This document shows positions 1 through 11,900 of a stretch of 64,000 nucleotides of DNA, one piece after another; the first letter of the stretch is position 1, and every line of letters starts with the position of its first letter. The notes under the pieces are model-generated. The model was not told where the DNA came from, searched no databases, and saw only the letters and a program-made list of their open reading frames with translations. Source of the DNA: a virus; IMG/VR virus record IMGVR_UViG_3300020180_000017, positions 8,552 to 72,551 of that record; one strand, given 5' to 3'. The translations under genes and the position numbers were made by a program.

Positions 1-3000
1 ATTTCATTAGGACTAATTACTTCATTTAAATTATTAATTTCAAATTCTCTATTAATAAAATCTTGAGAATAAATAACTTTTTGTTCTTCTGAAAGTTTAT
101 TCTTATATCTGTATAATTCAGTTACACTTTCAAATTCTTTTAATTTATTTACTATTTCTGGATTTCTATTAATTACTTTTAATTCTGTTTTTGGTTGTGT
201 ATTAGAAACTTCATTTACTGTATTTAAAACTATAGTATTAGGAATTTTATTATTTATAATTTTTACAATTCCATCATTTGAATCTTTCATATTATCAAAC
301 CCAAAGTCACTATCAGAATGAATATCATCTAGTATTCTATTATTTCTAATATCGTCTATTATTTTTTTTATTTCATTTTTATTATTAATAATACTAATAT
401 TATTTTCACCAGTTACTGTTAATAATTGTTCTTCCAAAACAGATGCCCTTTTATTATTATTAATTTTAATCAATAAAAAAGGATAATTTTTACCTATTGA
501 ATTTTGTCCAAGAGAAGTGTCTCCAACAATAAAATATTTATTAGCATACTTCCCAGAATATCCACTAGAATAGTAGCTTATATTTTTAAATAATTTATTA
601 TTTTCTTTAAATTTATATTTATTATCTCTATTAATAATTTCTTTAGGATTAACTTCATTTAAAGAAGTTATATTTTCAGGTGTATATTCTCTTTGAGAAA
701 CTTTATTAGATGTATTTAAAACTTTATCTAATTCTTCTCTCCAATTAGGATTTGCCATATTAATTGTAGGAATACCTTTCCTTCTAGCCATTTCTACAGC
801 TTGTCCTGTGCCTCCTTTTGGTCTTAATGGATTGGAAGTTTCTTCAGCATAAAATAAAACAAAATCAACAGGTGTATCTAAATTTTCTCCAAATATTTGA
901 TTAGTATTTCTAGCCATAAGTTTTTTACCCCCCGATTTTAAAGCTGAAGGATTTGGATGAATTTCTTCCATTACTTTCATTTCTCTATTACCTATTACTC
1001 CTGTTACTCCAAATAAATTCTTTTTACTTGTACCAGCAGAAAAAGCTCTATCTGCTCCTTCTTCATCTAAACCAACTTGATTACCATGTAGTTTACTTAA
1101 TTTTTCAGATTCTTTTTTTCTTTCATCATAAACCTTTTTATCATAACTTTCAGTGGCAGGAAAAGTTTTTCCTGTATTTAGTGTATATCTTCTCTCTAAT
1201 TCTTTAGCAAGTTCTGTCATTTGAGAAAGAACATTTGCTGGAGTTTCTCTACTACCTATTCCTGCATATGTAAATGTAGGAATACTAGATTTAAAAGGTA
1301 ATTTGTTAAATTCTGGTTTATTAATATCTATTTTTATAGGATTAACTTCATTTAAAGAAGTTACTTCTTTTTCATTTATCACTGCTTGAGCCATTCCATT
1401 ATAGTAATCTTTTAATCCTACATTATCTTGTTTTCCTCTATTAACACTAAATTGAGGGTTAAATTTATAGAATTCTAAGTAGAAATTAGTGGCTAATCCT
1501 AATTTTTTATTACTGGATAAAAGTTGGTAATTTTTAAATGCTAATTCAAATTCTGGAATTAATATTGATAGAGGCAGTAGTGAAGTAATGTTAAATCTAT
1601 TTTGTGAAAATCCTCCTTGTTTAAAAGCTAAATAAGTAAATGATTTAATGAGGTCATTTACATCCTTAGTAAATTCACTTTGTTTATCTTTTAATTCATT
1701 TGAAGGTCTTCCTGTAAAACCGTTAAAAGATAGTAAACTATTTAATTCTTTAATATATGTATTTTCTTGAGATTTTATATTTTCACCTCCTAAATTTAAT
1801 TTTACAACGTAGTTATCAGTCCTGCTAAAACCTTCTCCTGGCATTTCATTTTTTATCTTTTCTATTATTATATTGTTTAATATAGAGTAAGTATTAGTTA
1901 ATCTTTCAAAAGATTTTGGATAATTATTTTTTATAAAATATAATTTAGCAGCAAATGTTTGAATTGCATTTCCTTTAAATGCACTTCTAGCAATAATTCC
2001 TTTGCTTGAAAAAGGTACATTCATATTTTCCACTATAAATTGCATGTACTCTTGAAATAATCTTTTTGCTAAAGTTCTTTTTAAAGAATTTGTACCGACA
2101 AAACTTTTAACTTTTTCACTAAAGTAATTCAGGGTTTCTTCATCTGTAAAATAAGGCAGGATAGCTTTTGAAATCTTAATTGATAATTCGCTATTATTAA
2201 ATAGAGACACTACGCTTTCCTTTGAAAGGTAATTAATTGAATCTGCTGTAAATAGTGGAACTCCATTTTTTTCAACACCCAGATCAGCAATTTGTTTTTC
2301 CATCAATCTTTTAGCTCTTGCTTGAAAAGTATTTGTGATTTTTTTTGTGTCATCACTATAGTTTTGTGTTAAGTCTTTAAAACTTTGAGCTTTATTATTA
2401 AAATGTAAGTAAGTTGCTAAAATATTTAAACTCATTAATTTATATAATTGAGTTTTACGTACATCTGTAAATTGATCTTTCTTTAACTGTTTTAAATTTT
2501 CTGGTGTAATTCTAAAGTTTGAAATATTCAGAAGTCCTTTAATTTCTTCTTCTTCTGTTACACCATATGATTTAGCTATGTCATTAAACTTAATAAATGG
2601 GTTACTCTTTTTTAAGAGATTATATCTCCTAATTATTCCAGTATTCAACATATCCACAATTCTATCAAATGGCACATTCAATGTCAATAGATACTGAACT
2701 ACTCCTAAATTTTCATATTCAATACCCAGTAAAAAATATGTTGGATTACTAGGATTATCCACTGCTTCTGTAACTAATTCTGAATTAATTTCGTTTTTAT
2801 TAGTTAACGGTGTATTATTAATATTTAATTGAGCTATCCCTTCCACATCATATAATCCACTCAAAGATATTTTATTATTACTTACAATAGTATTAAATTC
2901 TTTTTGAGTTAGTAATGGAACATATACTTTTTTTACATTCATTTCTACAATACCCTGTTGTAAGATTGCTGTTCTTACATTACCCACAGCATATACACCC

Positions 3001-6000
3001 AAAGCTCTTTGAGCTCCTTGCATAGTTTTATGCATATTTAGCTTGCCTGTAATGTAATTCAATATAGACATACCTTGAGGTAACTTTAATTTTCCTCCAA
3101 CAGGAAGATCCTCTTCTTTAATAAATCCCATTTCAATACCATTTTGTCTTGCAATGTCTTTAATTCTTGAAGAAGAGTTTGGTTTAGTTAATCTTTCATA
3201 TTGTAAAGGATGTTTTAAAATACTTGTCATTGATTCATTTAATTCATTTTCAAGCATTTGTTTTTGAGAAAAATCAAGACTTTTTAATTCTTTAAATGTT
3301 TCAATCAATTGTTGTTCTATTTCATTATATATAGCGTTACTATCTATATCTATATCTCCAAACATAGTAGACAACAAATCTCCACTACTTTTATATATGG
3401 AACTACGAACTGCACTATTCCCTTTAAGCGATTTTAGTAATGATTTTAATTCTTCTTTATTTTTTTCTATTTCTTTATTTGCTTCTTTATCAATATAAAT
3501 ACCATTTCTTGTTAAAGAAGGCATTAAAACAAATAATTTATCAATGTCAAAATCCGCACCTGATTTAGAAGTTATTTCGTCATAAGCTTGTATTGTCCAC
3601 CCCACTGTTGGAGATAAAAACTCTTTAATAGTTAATATCTCCATAGAATTTTGTTCTTGTGTTGGTATTCTATAAGCTATTATTGTTAAAGACTTTTTAT
3701 GTTTTTTTATAAACTTGCTATCTTTTAATAATTCGTTAAGTCTTTTTAATGTACCTATTGGTTGATTATCATTATCTTCATCTTGTAAATTCAATAGTTT
3801 TTTATACTCTCCAACTAATCCTACTCTAACATCAGCTTCTTTTACATATAGTTTTTCATTAATCTTTTCTAAGTCGTAAAAATTAAGCTTATCAAAATAA
3901 GCATTTGATAGTAATGTAAATTGTCCTCCTTTTACTTTTTGAACTCTAAGAGTCTTATCTATGAGTCCAAAAAGTAAATCGTTTACTACTGAAGTAATTC
4001 CACTAAACTCAAAGGGAGTTATTAATTTTCCATCCATACCTACCTTTAACGAATCTTTTACGTTGACATTCATTTCTAAATTATCCGCTTCTTTTTGCAA
4101 TTTTTCTATGAATGCTGCTTGATTTTTAACTACTATATTATTACCTTCCAACTCGATACCAAGTTCTTTGAATAATTCTATTTTATTAATATCAATTAGA
4201 TTTTTTAAAGCTTGCTTATAATTCTTATATAAAGATTCTATTTCAGAATTTGCACTGCCATTTTCAAAAAAGGTAACAAAAAATAATTTTCTAAGTTGGC
4301 TTCCTATTATAACTAAACTATCTTTATCATTATCTGTTTTTAATTGTTCTTTTAAATCTCCACTATATACTTCAGTAATATTTTTACTTATATCACTAAG
4401 TAAGTTTACATCTCCTGTATATTGTAATTTAGTTGCACTTCTATGTTTTACGTAGGCAATACCATTTTTTATACTTTGATCCGTTACCTTTAGTAATTCT
4501 TTACTTCTATATATTAAAGAAGGTAGTAATGGAGCCAAAGACATTTTATCATAGGCTGGTCTTTCACTATTTACAATTCCACCACTTAATTGATATTTTA
4601 ATATGGTAAGATTATATCTATCATCTTTATTTATTAATCCTTCCAATTCTAAAAATCTATCTGTTTCTTTTTCAGAAAGTTTTCTCTTTAAAATTTCTTT
4701 TTTATAGAATAATCCTTCATATTCATAAGTGGCTTCCATGTATTTATTCCACCTACCTCCTGTGTTTAATAAGAATTGTCTATATGCATCAATATTAATG
4801 TAGGCTTGTCCATCTGCTTTATTCGCTTCATTTAAAGAAAGTCTTTCTTTTTTTAATTTTTCGTTATTATCTACACTATTTTTTATTCCGTAAACGTTAT
4901 TAACTTTATTTATATTTTTAACAGTATTATCTACTATATTTTCATTTGAAAATACATCTGGTATAACTGATGTTTTTGATGTTTTTGAAACATCTATGTT
5001 ATTAACATTTACTATTTCAGCTAATGTTTGTATTTGAGAATTTTCAAGAAATTGTTTTGTAGATTCCAATCCATTAACAGGAATTCCTGTTGAAGCTAAT
5101 CTAGCTACTCTTTTTGTAAAATCTTTGTAATAAGCTAAATTACCTGAATTCATGATATTGAATTCAATGTCATGCACCATATTTTTAATTATAAAATCTC
5201 TATATATTTTTCTATAATCAATATCTTCTATTTTTCTTGGTGTTTCATTACGTTCATCTATGTATATTTTTTTAACAAAAGAAGAATTGTCACCAAATAA
5301 ATCTATAATTTTTTTTTCAAAAAGAGAAGTGGCTACATTAACATATCTTTCCAAAGCTATTTTAAATGAACCCAAATTAAAATCACTGTGTTCTTCTTTT
5401 GTCATAAAATCAAACATTCCCCAATTACTTGAACTTTCTTTTTTCATCCATGCTTTATGAGGTTCGTAAAAGTTTACTATATTTTCTAAATCCGCAGATA
5501 AATAACCATTGGGTAAACTATCTGGGTACTTATTATTCACTATTGCTAATGCGTAATAAGTAGCTTTACTTTCTGTTCTTGGCCCTTGAATAATATTGTT
5601 TTGTGTTAAATTACCCACATCCATTATTAACATATCACTTTCATCAAGTTTTGCAGTCATTTCTTCATTTATACCATTATAATTTTGTATTTCAATAGAA
5701 AATTCAGTATCTCTAAGACCACTTTCATCAAATAATTGCTTTCTGATATTTGAATTTCTAAAAAGATCATTGTCCAATTGTGGAAGTCTTTCATATAAAT
5801 CATCTAGATTTTCTGAATTATTTATTTCATAAGCATTTTTTGTTAAATTATTTGCATCAGAAATAATACTTTGTAGTTCTCCTTCACTATTTCTATAAGC
5901 AATAGGCTGTATAATTTTAGTGTGTTTTGCTTCTGCTTTTTGAAGAGTTTTTATAACCCTTCTTATTACAAAGTTTTCCATTGGGTTTTCTTTATCGTAT

Positions 6001-8867
6001 ATATAACCTAATGGATTTTGATTGTATGCAGGATCATTTAATACTGTTAGTAATACACCATTAACTTCTTGAGTATCTGTGTAAAAATCATAAAGTAAAA
6101 GACCATTATCCCGAATATTTTCCCATTCATTTTCTACTGTTTCTTGAGATAACTTTATTCCAATCACATCAAAAAAAGCAAGTAAGTCTTTTTCTTTTAC
6201 ATCTAATTTATTAATTAGAGGTATTTTTAATACCCTTTTAATAAATGTTTGTTCATTAACTTCTACGTATTTATTTGCTTTTGTATTTACTGTAAAATTA
6301 TCAATCCATTCTTGAAGTATTATTTTTTCAGAGGATGAAATTGCATCAATATATATAAATCTTGTAAATTCTTCTTCTCCTACTTTAATGCTTATTGTTT
6401 TAGTAACTTTAAGTGGTACTATTGGCCTACTGAATGTTCTGAACACTTCAGCGTATAAGCTAGCACTTTCCAATCCAAAATTAGCTTCACTAGGTACTCT
6501 AACTGCCCCTTGCATGTAGCTAGGCATTTTCATTAATCCTTTTAAATAGAATAGTTCTGGTATTTTTTTATAGGTTGCTTCGGAAAACAATTTTTCAAAA
6601 AATTTAGTTTCATTACTTTCTCCAGCCATGTGTAAAGCTACTCTGTTTAAAAGAGTAACAGAATCTACCATTTTATGAAATCCAAATTCATCCACTGTTT
6701 CAATAATACCGTCTTTTGTCCACGTAGCGTTAGGTAAAAGCCTAAATAAATTTCTTATGGGTTTTGAAGCAAATTGATAAACGCTTTTTTTATCTCCTCC
6801 TTCCTGTAAAGAATATAGATCAACTTCTTCCTCTTCTTCTTTTTCAATGTACTCTATAGAATTTATTAATGCATCAGCATCTTTAATATTCACATCTAAA
6901 TTACTGTTATTTAAATGAAATTTTATAAATGCATTGAAGTTTTTAAGTATTATTTCTACTTTATCATATTTTTCATCTTTTCCTGCATTTTTATTTTCTT
7001 TATCACTTTTTTTATAAGTGTTTAACAATCTATTAAAAGTTCTTTCCAGACTTTCATATATTTTTTTAGCTATAATTGGATCATTTAATCCATATATTGT
7101 TACGCTTTTAGCTTTTGCTTCTTTAGTACTAAGTAACTTTGATATGTGATAATCTGCTTCATCACTAAAATAATTTGCTTCCACTGCATTTAATACTTCT
7201 TTTCCTTTTTCGTTGAATATAGACATTCTATTTACGCCAGTAGCAGTAGTAATTACTTTTTTAGTGGAAAAATAACCATTATCTATTTTATTATATAGAT
7301 TTCTAATATTTTCTTTTCCAGAAAGAAATGATTGAATTTTAGCAAATAAATTTTTGAAAAAGTCCAAAATTTTACTTGGAAAATTTGCATTTTCTTTGTT
7401 CTTTTTAAAAGTTTCAAAACCAAATGCTAATTTTTCTTCTAACTTAACATCATTGCTTTGAGAATTATAGTACTCACTTTCCTGTTCTAATTCATTTAAA
7501 AATTTATCAGTGGATTGAGTAGTTCCTCTGCTTATATTAAATAGTTTAGAAGCTTCATCCAGTATGTTATTTTGTTCTTCCACTGGAATAAATAAATTAA
7601 ATGCAACGTGAAATGCTTCGTGGTAATAAGTAGATTTATTAGCATATTTTGAAATCTTAACTAACCCTTCTGCAAACATACCAATTGCTTTTTCATTACT
7701 TTTTTGTATAGTAATATACTCTTGCACTAACTCTATTGGTATTTGAGGAAAGTTTTTATTGAACCAAGCTTCTCCAAGTATTCTGGATTCTTCATTCACT
7801 ACAAAACTATTATTATCTGCTATTCTAAATTGAGCATCATCTTCATAGGAAGGTAGTATTTCATCAATAGCTTTTTCTTCAAAAGTTCTTCTATCTACAG
7901 CCATAGTATAGTTGTCATTCCTATCTTTACTGGCTGTTGCTTTAACATATTCATTTCCACTTTTAAATACTTGTATTGGCAATACTGTAATATCAGCATC
8001 AATATCTGTTCTTTGTTTTAATAGTGTTGCATATCCAGATTGCTGTATACTATCTGATTCTCTATATGAATCATAGTACGTTCCTAATACGTTTCTTCTA
8101 TTTTGTGTAGATGTTTTTAAATCTATTATAAATACTTTTCCTGTATTTTTATCAATAGCAAGAAGATCAATAGTTCCAGCTACGTTTTTACCATTAATAA
8201 CACCCCATAACGTAGGTATATCAGATATTAATTCTAAATTATTTGTAGTTTTTTTGATTTCACTAAAAATCATAAACAAATCGGATAGCATATCTCCTGT
8301 AAAAGGTAAAGATTCTCCTTTATCTATTTTGTTATATTTTTCTATTAAATCTTTTTCTGAAATTATATTATTTGAAATAAAATCTCTTAATAAACTATCA
8401 ATTATAGTTCCTCTATCAGCATCTCCTTTTTTAAAAACTCCAGTCTTTTTAATTAACGTACTAACTCTATCATATATTTTTCCAAAAGAATCAATATATT
8501 CATTTGAATTATTAGGATTTACTATTAAAATGTTTGAATTTAATATTTTTAATTTTTCTTTTACTTTTTCTATCTCAGCTACAATATTAATTGTAGTTGG
8601 TGAAAGGTATTTTTTATTTATTTCAGTAAAATCAGGTAATACTATAGGTGTAAAAGTATTTTGAGGAATACTCAAGCCTTTTTTTAATTTATTTAATTCT
8701 GCATTTAATCTTTTACTTTCTGCATTTACAAAAGTATTTTTAACTGTGGCTTCAGCTTCTTCAAGTGACATACCTTTACTCCTTAATGCCTCTGCATTTT
8801 TAAGTAATTGTTCTTTATTTTCTTTTGTTACGAAATCTATTTTTTCTAAACACTTTGATAATGGCAT
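1..8867 (-). CDS. Giant virion-packaged RNA polymerase polyprotein (crAss-like, phi14:2 gp66-type), over 2950 aa, 3' end outside the window
   Basis: Absent from the ORF track, presumably because no stop lies within the window. ATG at 8867 (MPLSKCLEKID). Spot checks in frame show TSKSGADFDIDKLF (DFDID at 3540-3554), YRIPTQ (~3660-3675), DGQAY (~4800-4815), zincin HEAFH (7608-7622), PD-(D/E)xK-like GTIDLL...IIDLKTS (~8110-8180) and SLOG-like YAGIGSRETP (~1240-1270). Confidence 0.92.
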   Translation of the reverse strand, partial: MPLSKCLEKIDFVTKENKEQLLKNAEALRSKGMSLEEAEATVKNTFVNAESKRLNAELNKLKKGLSIPQNTFTPIVLPDFTEINKKYLSPTTINIVAEIEKVKEKLKILNSNILIVNPNNSNEYIDSFGKIYDRVSTLIKKTGVFKKGDADRGTIIDSLLRDFISNNIISEKDLIEKYNKIDKGESLPFTGDMLSDLFMIFSEIKKTTNNLELISDIPTLWGVINGKNVAGTIDLLAIDKNTGKVFIIDLKTSTQNRRNVLGTYYDSYRESDSIQQSGYATLLKQRTDIDADITVLPIQVFKSGNEYVKATASKDRNDNYTMAVDRRTFEEKAIDEILPSYEDDAQFRIADNNSFVVNEESRILGEAWFNKNFPQIPIELVQEYITIQKSNEKAIGMFAEGLVKISKYANKSTYYHEAFHVAFNLFIPVEEQNNILDEASKLFNISRGTTQSTDKFLNELEQESEYYNSQSNDVKLEEKLAFGFETFKKNKENANFPSKILDFFKNLFAKIQSFLSGKENIRNLYNKIDNGYFSTKKVITTATGVNRMSIFNEKGKEVLNAVEANYFSDEADYHISKLLSTKEAKAKSVTIYGLNDPIIAKKIYESLERTFNRLLNTYKKSDKENKNAGKDEKYDKVEIILKNFNAFIKFHLNNSNLDVNIKDADALINSIEYIEKEEEEEVDLYSLQEGGDKKSVYQFASKPIRNLFRLLPNATWTKDGIIETVDEFGFHKMVDSVTLLNRVALHMAGESNETKFFEKLFSEATYKKIPELFYLKGLMKMPSYMQGAVRVPSEANFGLESASLYAEVFRTFSRPIVPLKVTKTISIKVGEEEFTRFIYIDAISSSEKIILQEWIDNFTVNTKANKYVEVNEQTFIKRVLKIPLINKLDVKEKDLLAFFDVIGIKLSQETVENEWENIRDNGLLLYDFYTDTQEVNGVLLTVLNDPAYNQNPLGYIYDKENPMENFVIRRVIKTLQKAEAKHTKIIQPIAYRNSEGELQSIISDANNLTKNAYEINNSENLDDLYERLPQLDNDLFRNSNIRKQLFDESGLRDTEFSIEIQNYNGINEEMTAKLDESDMLIMDVGNLTQNNIIQGPRTESKATYYALAIVNNKYPDSLPNGYLSADLENIVNFYEPHKAWMKKESSSNWGMFDFMTKEEHSDFNLGSFKIALERYVNVATSLFEKKIIDLFGDNSSFVKKIYIDERNETPRKIEDIDYRKIYRDFIIKNMVHDIEFNIMNSGNLAYYKDFTKRVARLASTGIPVNGLESTKQFLENSQIQTLAEIVNVNNIDVSKTSKTSVIPDVFSNENIVDNTVKNINKVNNVYGIKNSVDNNEKLKKERLSLNEANKADGQAYINIDAYRQFLLNTGGRWNKYMEATYEYEGLFYKKEILKRKLSEKETDRFLELEGLINKDDRYNLTILKYQLSGGIVNSERPAYDKMSLAPLLPSLIYRSKELLKVTDQSIKNGIAYVKHRSATKLQYTGDVNLLSDISKNITEVYSGDLKEQLKTDNDKDSLVIIGSQLRKLFFVTFFENGSANSEIESLYKNYKQALKNLIDINKIELFKELGIELEGNNIVVKNQAAFIEKLQKEADNLEMNVNVKDSLKVGMDGKLITPFEFSGITSVVNDLLFGLIDKTLRVQKVKGGQFTLLSNAYFDKLNFYDLEKINEKLYVKEADVRVGLVGEYKKLLNLQDEDNDNQPIGTLKRLNELLKDSKFIKKHKKSLTIIAYRIPTQEQNSMEILTIKEFLSPTVGWTIQAYDEITSKSGADFDIDKLFVLMPSLTRNGIYIDKEANKEIEKNKEELKSLLKSLKGNSAVRSSIYKSSGDLLSTMFGDIDIDSNAIYNEIEQQLIETFKELKSLDFSQKQMLENELNESMTSILKHPLQYERLTKPNSSSRIKDIARQNGIEMGFIKEEDLPVGGKLKLPQGMSILNYITGKLNMHKTMQGAQRALGVYAVGNVRTAILQQGIVEMNVKKVYVPLLTQKEFNTIVSNNKISLSGLYDVEGIAQLNINNTPLTNKNEINSELVTEAVDNPSNPTYFLLGIEYENLGVVQYLLTLNVPFDRIVDMLNTGIIRRYNLLKKSNPFIKFNDIAKSYGVTEEEEIKGLLNISNFRITPENLKQLKKDQFTDVRKTQLYKLMSLNILATYLHFNNKAQSFKDLTQNYSDDTKKITNTFQARAKRLMEKQIADLGVEKNGVPLFTADSINYLSKESVVSLFNNSELSIKISKAILPYFTDEETLNYFSEKVKSFVGTNSLKRTLAKRLFQEYMQFIVENMNVPFSSKGIIARSAFKGNAIQTFAAKLYFIKNNYPKSFERLTNTYSILNNIIIEKIKNEMPGEGFSRTDNYVVKLNLGGENIKSQENTYIKELNSLLSFNGFTGRPSNELKDKQSEFTKDVNDLIKSFTYLAFKQGGFSQNRFNITSLLPLSILIPEFELAFKNYQLLSSNKKLGLATNFYLEFYKFNPQFSVNRGKQDNVGLKDYYNGMAQAVINEKEVTSLNEVNPIKIDINKPEFNKLPFKSSIPTFTYAGIGSRETPANVLSQMTELAKELERRYTLNTGKTFPATESYDKKVYDERKKESEKLSKLHGNQVGLDEEGADRAFSAGTSKKNLFGVTGVIGNREMKVMEEIHPNPSALKSGGKKLMARNTNQIFGENLDTPVDFVLFYAEETSNPLRPKGGTGQAVEMARRKGIPTINMANPNWREELDKVLNTSNKVSQREYTPENITSLNEVNPKEIINRDNKYKFKENNKLFKNISYYSSGYSGKYANKYFIVGDTSLGQNSIGKNYPFLLIKINNNKRASVLEEQLLTVTGENNISIINNKNEIKKIIDDIRNNRILDDIHSDSDFGFDNMKDSNDGIVKIINNKIPNTIVLNTVNEVSNTQPKTELKVINRNPEIVNKLKEFESVTELYRYKNKLSEEQKVIYSQDFINREFEINNLNEVISPNE
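644..1363. repeat. 27-bp perfect direct repeat (644-670 and 1337-1363) flanking the SLOG-like domain
   Basis: TAGGATTAACTTCATTTAAAGAAGTTA occurs twice, 693 bp apart and in frame; it encodes TSLNEVNP. Confidence 0.9.
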
Positions 8868-8912
8868 CTTTTATTTTTTACTGAGTACAGATTTTTATTA
8901 GAAAAACTTCAC

Positions 8913-11900
8913 TTATTTACATTGAATAAGATCATTCAATTCATTTATTTCTTTTACAATTCTATTGTAGTCACTTACTTTTTTTACTGATTTAACAGGG
9001 CCATATGCACCTTCTAAACTCTGTATTCCAAATTCTATTAGTCCTATATCTATTGATGATTTACTTGTTAATTCGTGTATTTCATTTAATAAAGAATTTG
9101 ATACCTTTTGGGGTTCTGATTTTAATACTGCTAACGCTGCATTATATCTAGCATTTATTAATTTAATGTTTTCGTATGCTTGAATTTCACTATCAAATAT
9201 CTTACTTTGTTGTCCAAGTTTTTCCTTATTTTCTACTCTTTTTATAATAGATAGTAATACTTTTTTTAAAGCTTCTTCTTTATTTTTATCTCCAACCAAT
9301 TGAGTATTTACAAGATGAGAAGAATACCACCCTTTTATTTTATCCATTTGAATTATACCAAGTGATATAATTAATTCTTCCTGTCTTCTTTTTTCTATTT
9401 TAGCTATTTCAATTTCTAAATCACTCACAGGAATAGGTGCATCAACTTCCTTTTGGGGTTGGGGTTGTTTATCTAATAGGGATTCTACTGCTTTGGCAGC
9501 ATTACTATAAGATTGTATTTCTAAATTTGGAAAGGATTGTCTTAATAAATCAATTATTTCTGGATTAGAGTTTAGTAAACCATCATTTACTAATATACCT
9601 CTAATATCATTAATATTTGTAATCATCCCATCTGTCCCAAGTAATATAAATGCACCATCTCTATAAGCGTGTCCTCCTCCTGTTGTTTGAGCAGACACTT
9701 CAGGTGCTGTTAATGGTGCTACATCTAATCCTCCATGTCCTCTTTTTGGATTAATGCCATTATTCATTAATTCAAATAAATCTTTTAATGCCGAAGCTAA
9801 ACTGGATTTACCCATTCCATGAGCAGGGATATTAACACCCCCAGCTTCCGATGCTGCTGTAAAATCAACTGCAAATCCTTCATCTAAATCAGCCCGATTA
9901 TTACTGTCTTTAGATGATATTCTATTCCAAATAGTTTTTAATTTTTCAAAAATCTCTTTTCTTTTTGATTTTTCTTCATTAGTGAGTTGCGGAGCATTTA
10001 CAGTTGAGAATTTGTCTATAACACTTAAAACTTCTCCTCTTGATTTTTCTTCTTCTGCTTTTTGCCTATTTGCTATTTCAAGTATTTCTTTTGTTCTTTC
10101 AAAATCAGAGTATTCATTTCTACCATATAATATTTCATCTCTATTTAAAAAGTCAGTGTTGTTTTTCTTATTATATTCTTCAATTTCATTCTTATGCCTT
10201 GATTGCATTTCTTCATACCTATTTTCAGCATTAGTTAATTCATCATTCAATGATCCCACTTCACTTGTAGTTTGAACATCAGTAATTGGGTTTTCTTTAC
10301 TATAAGAAAAAGTAAAATAAGGAGTGAGTGGTAAACTTCTTAAATTATTATCTTTATCTATTAATGGTTTGTAATTTGTTTTTAAATTATTTAATAAATA
10401 CTCTGTAGCATTTATTTCAACCTCTTCAAATTTGTCATTCAGTATTTTTAATTTAGTATTCTTATCTAAATCCACAAACGGTAAAGATAGTGTTAAATCC
10501 ATTGGATCAAAAGATATTTCTTCTGTTCCACTCACTTTAAATAAAGTTAATTTTCCATTACTTACTTTTATTACGTAAGGACTATTTTTGTTTTTAGTGG
10601 GTTCAAATAAAAGTTTTTTACTTTTTGGAAGAGGAGGCAGTGATTTTATAAATAAATATTTAGAAATAAACTTTAATACTAACTCTTTTTGAGCATCGCT
10701 CAGTTTTGAGTAATCTAAATCAAATATGTTTTTTACGCTGTTTTTTACTACTTCATTTTCATTATCTCCTATTGTTGCTGGAATAACTTTAATATGTTCT
10801 TTACCATGTATTTGTACTATAAATGAACCCACACTAAAAAATTCTCCATTAAAGTTTACTTTGTTGTCATAAGTTTTCTTTGTTATAAAGGTTAATTTTG
10901 GTTTTGCAATTACACTATTTACCAATATATATTGATTTCCATAAGGCTGTTTCCCTCTACTGGATTCCATAAAGTAAATAGGTATTTTAGTAGCACCTGT
11001 TTTATCTCTATCTATTAATTCAATAGCTTCTTCTAATTGTTTTACTTTATTATCAACAATGCCATAAACATTTAATATTATCTCTTCCTCACTCATTGCT
11101 GGATCAATCTTATCTTTATAAATGCCAGCACTTTTACTTAAATGACTTAAAAATATATTTTTATCTATATTAAACATGACAACATCACCTGTGTCATCCT
11201 GTGTAATTTTTTCATCAACTTTAATCTTAACATATTTTCCATCACTATCCACTAAAGCAATTACGTGGCCTTCCTGTACTACTCCTGCATCTATACCAGC
11301 ATTTACTTTATCTGTAAATCTATTTTTTCTTTGTGATTCTTCTGAAAAATCTCCTTTTTGAATAACTAATTGAAATGAATTCTCACTTATGAATGACCCA
11401 AATCCAGGCATTAACATTAATGCATTCATTTTAATGTCATATTTAGAAGCTATAATAGGCATAGCATCTATTTCTCCTATTTCTGGTATTATAACTTTTT
11501 TTGTTACGTCAACTTTATTTACTACTTCTACTAATGAAATAACAGATTTGTTTGGAGTCAAATATGGAGTTGCACTATCTTTTATTTCAACTTCCACTTC
11601 ATCTTCAATAACAACTCCATTAAATAAAGCATCTAATTTTCTTAGTGAGTCCACTGTTAAATCTGCTTTATACTCTACTTCATCCTGCATTTCAAATATT
11701 CTTCCATCTGCATATTTCCTATAGCTTTTACCATTAAACACAACTTCTTGAAATACACCCACTACAGGTTTAGTAGGGGAAAAATGATTTTCTATTGCTT
11801 CTGCTGTTTCATTACTAACTTCAGGAATTATTGTTTTTAAAGGTGCTGGTGTTAAAGAGTCAATATCTTCTTGAGTAGTTCCTTCTGGATAATATATATA

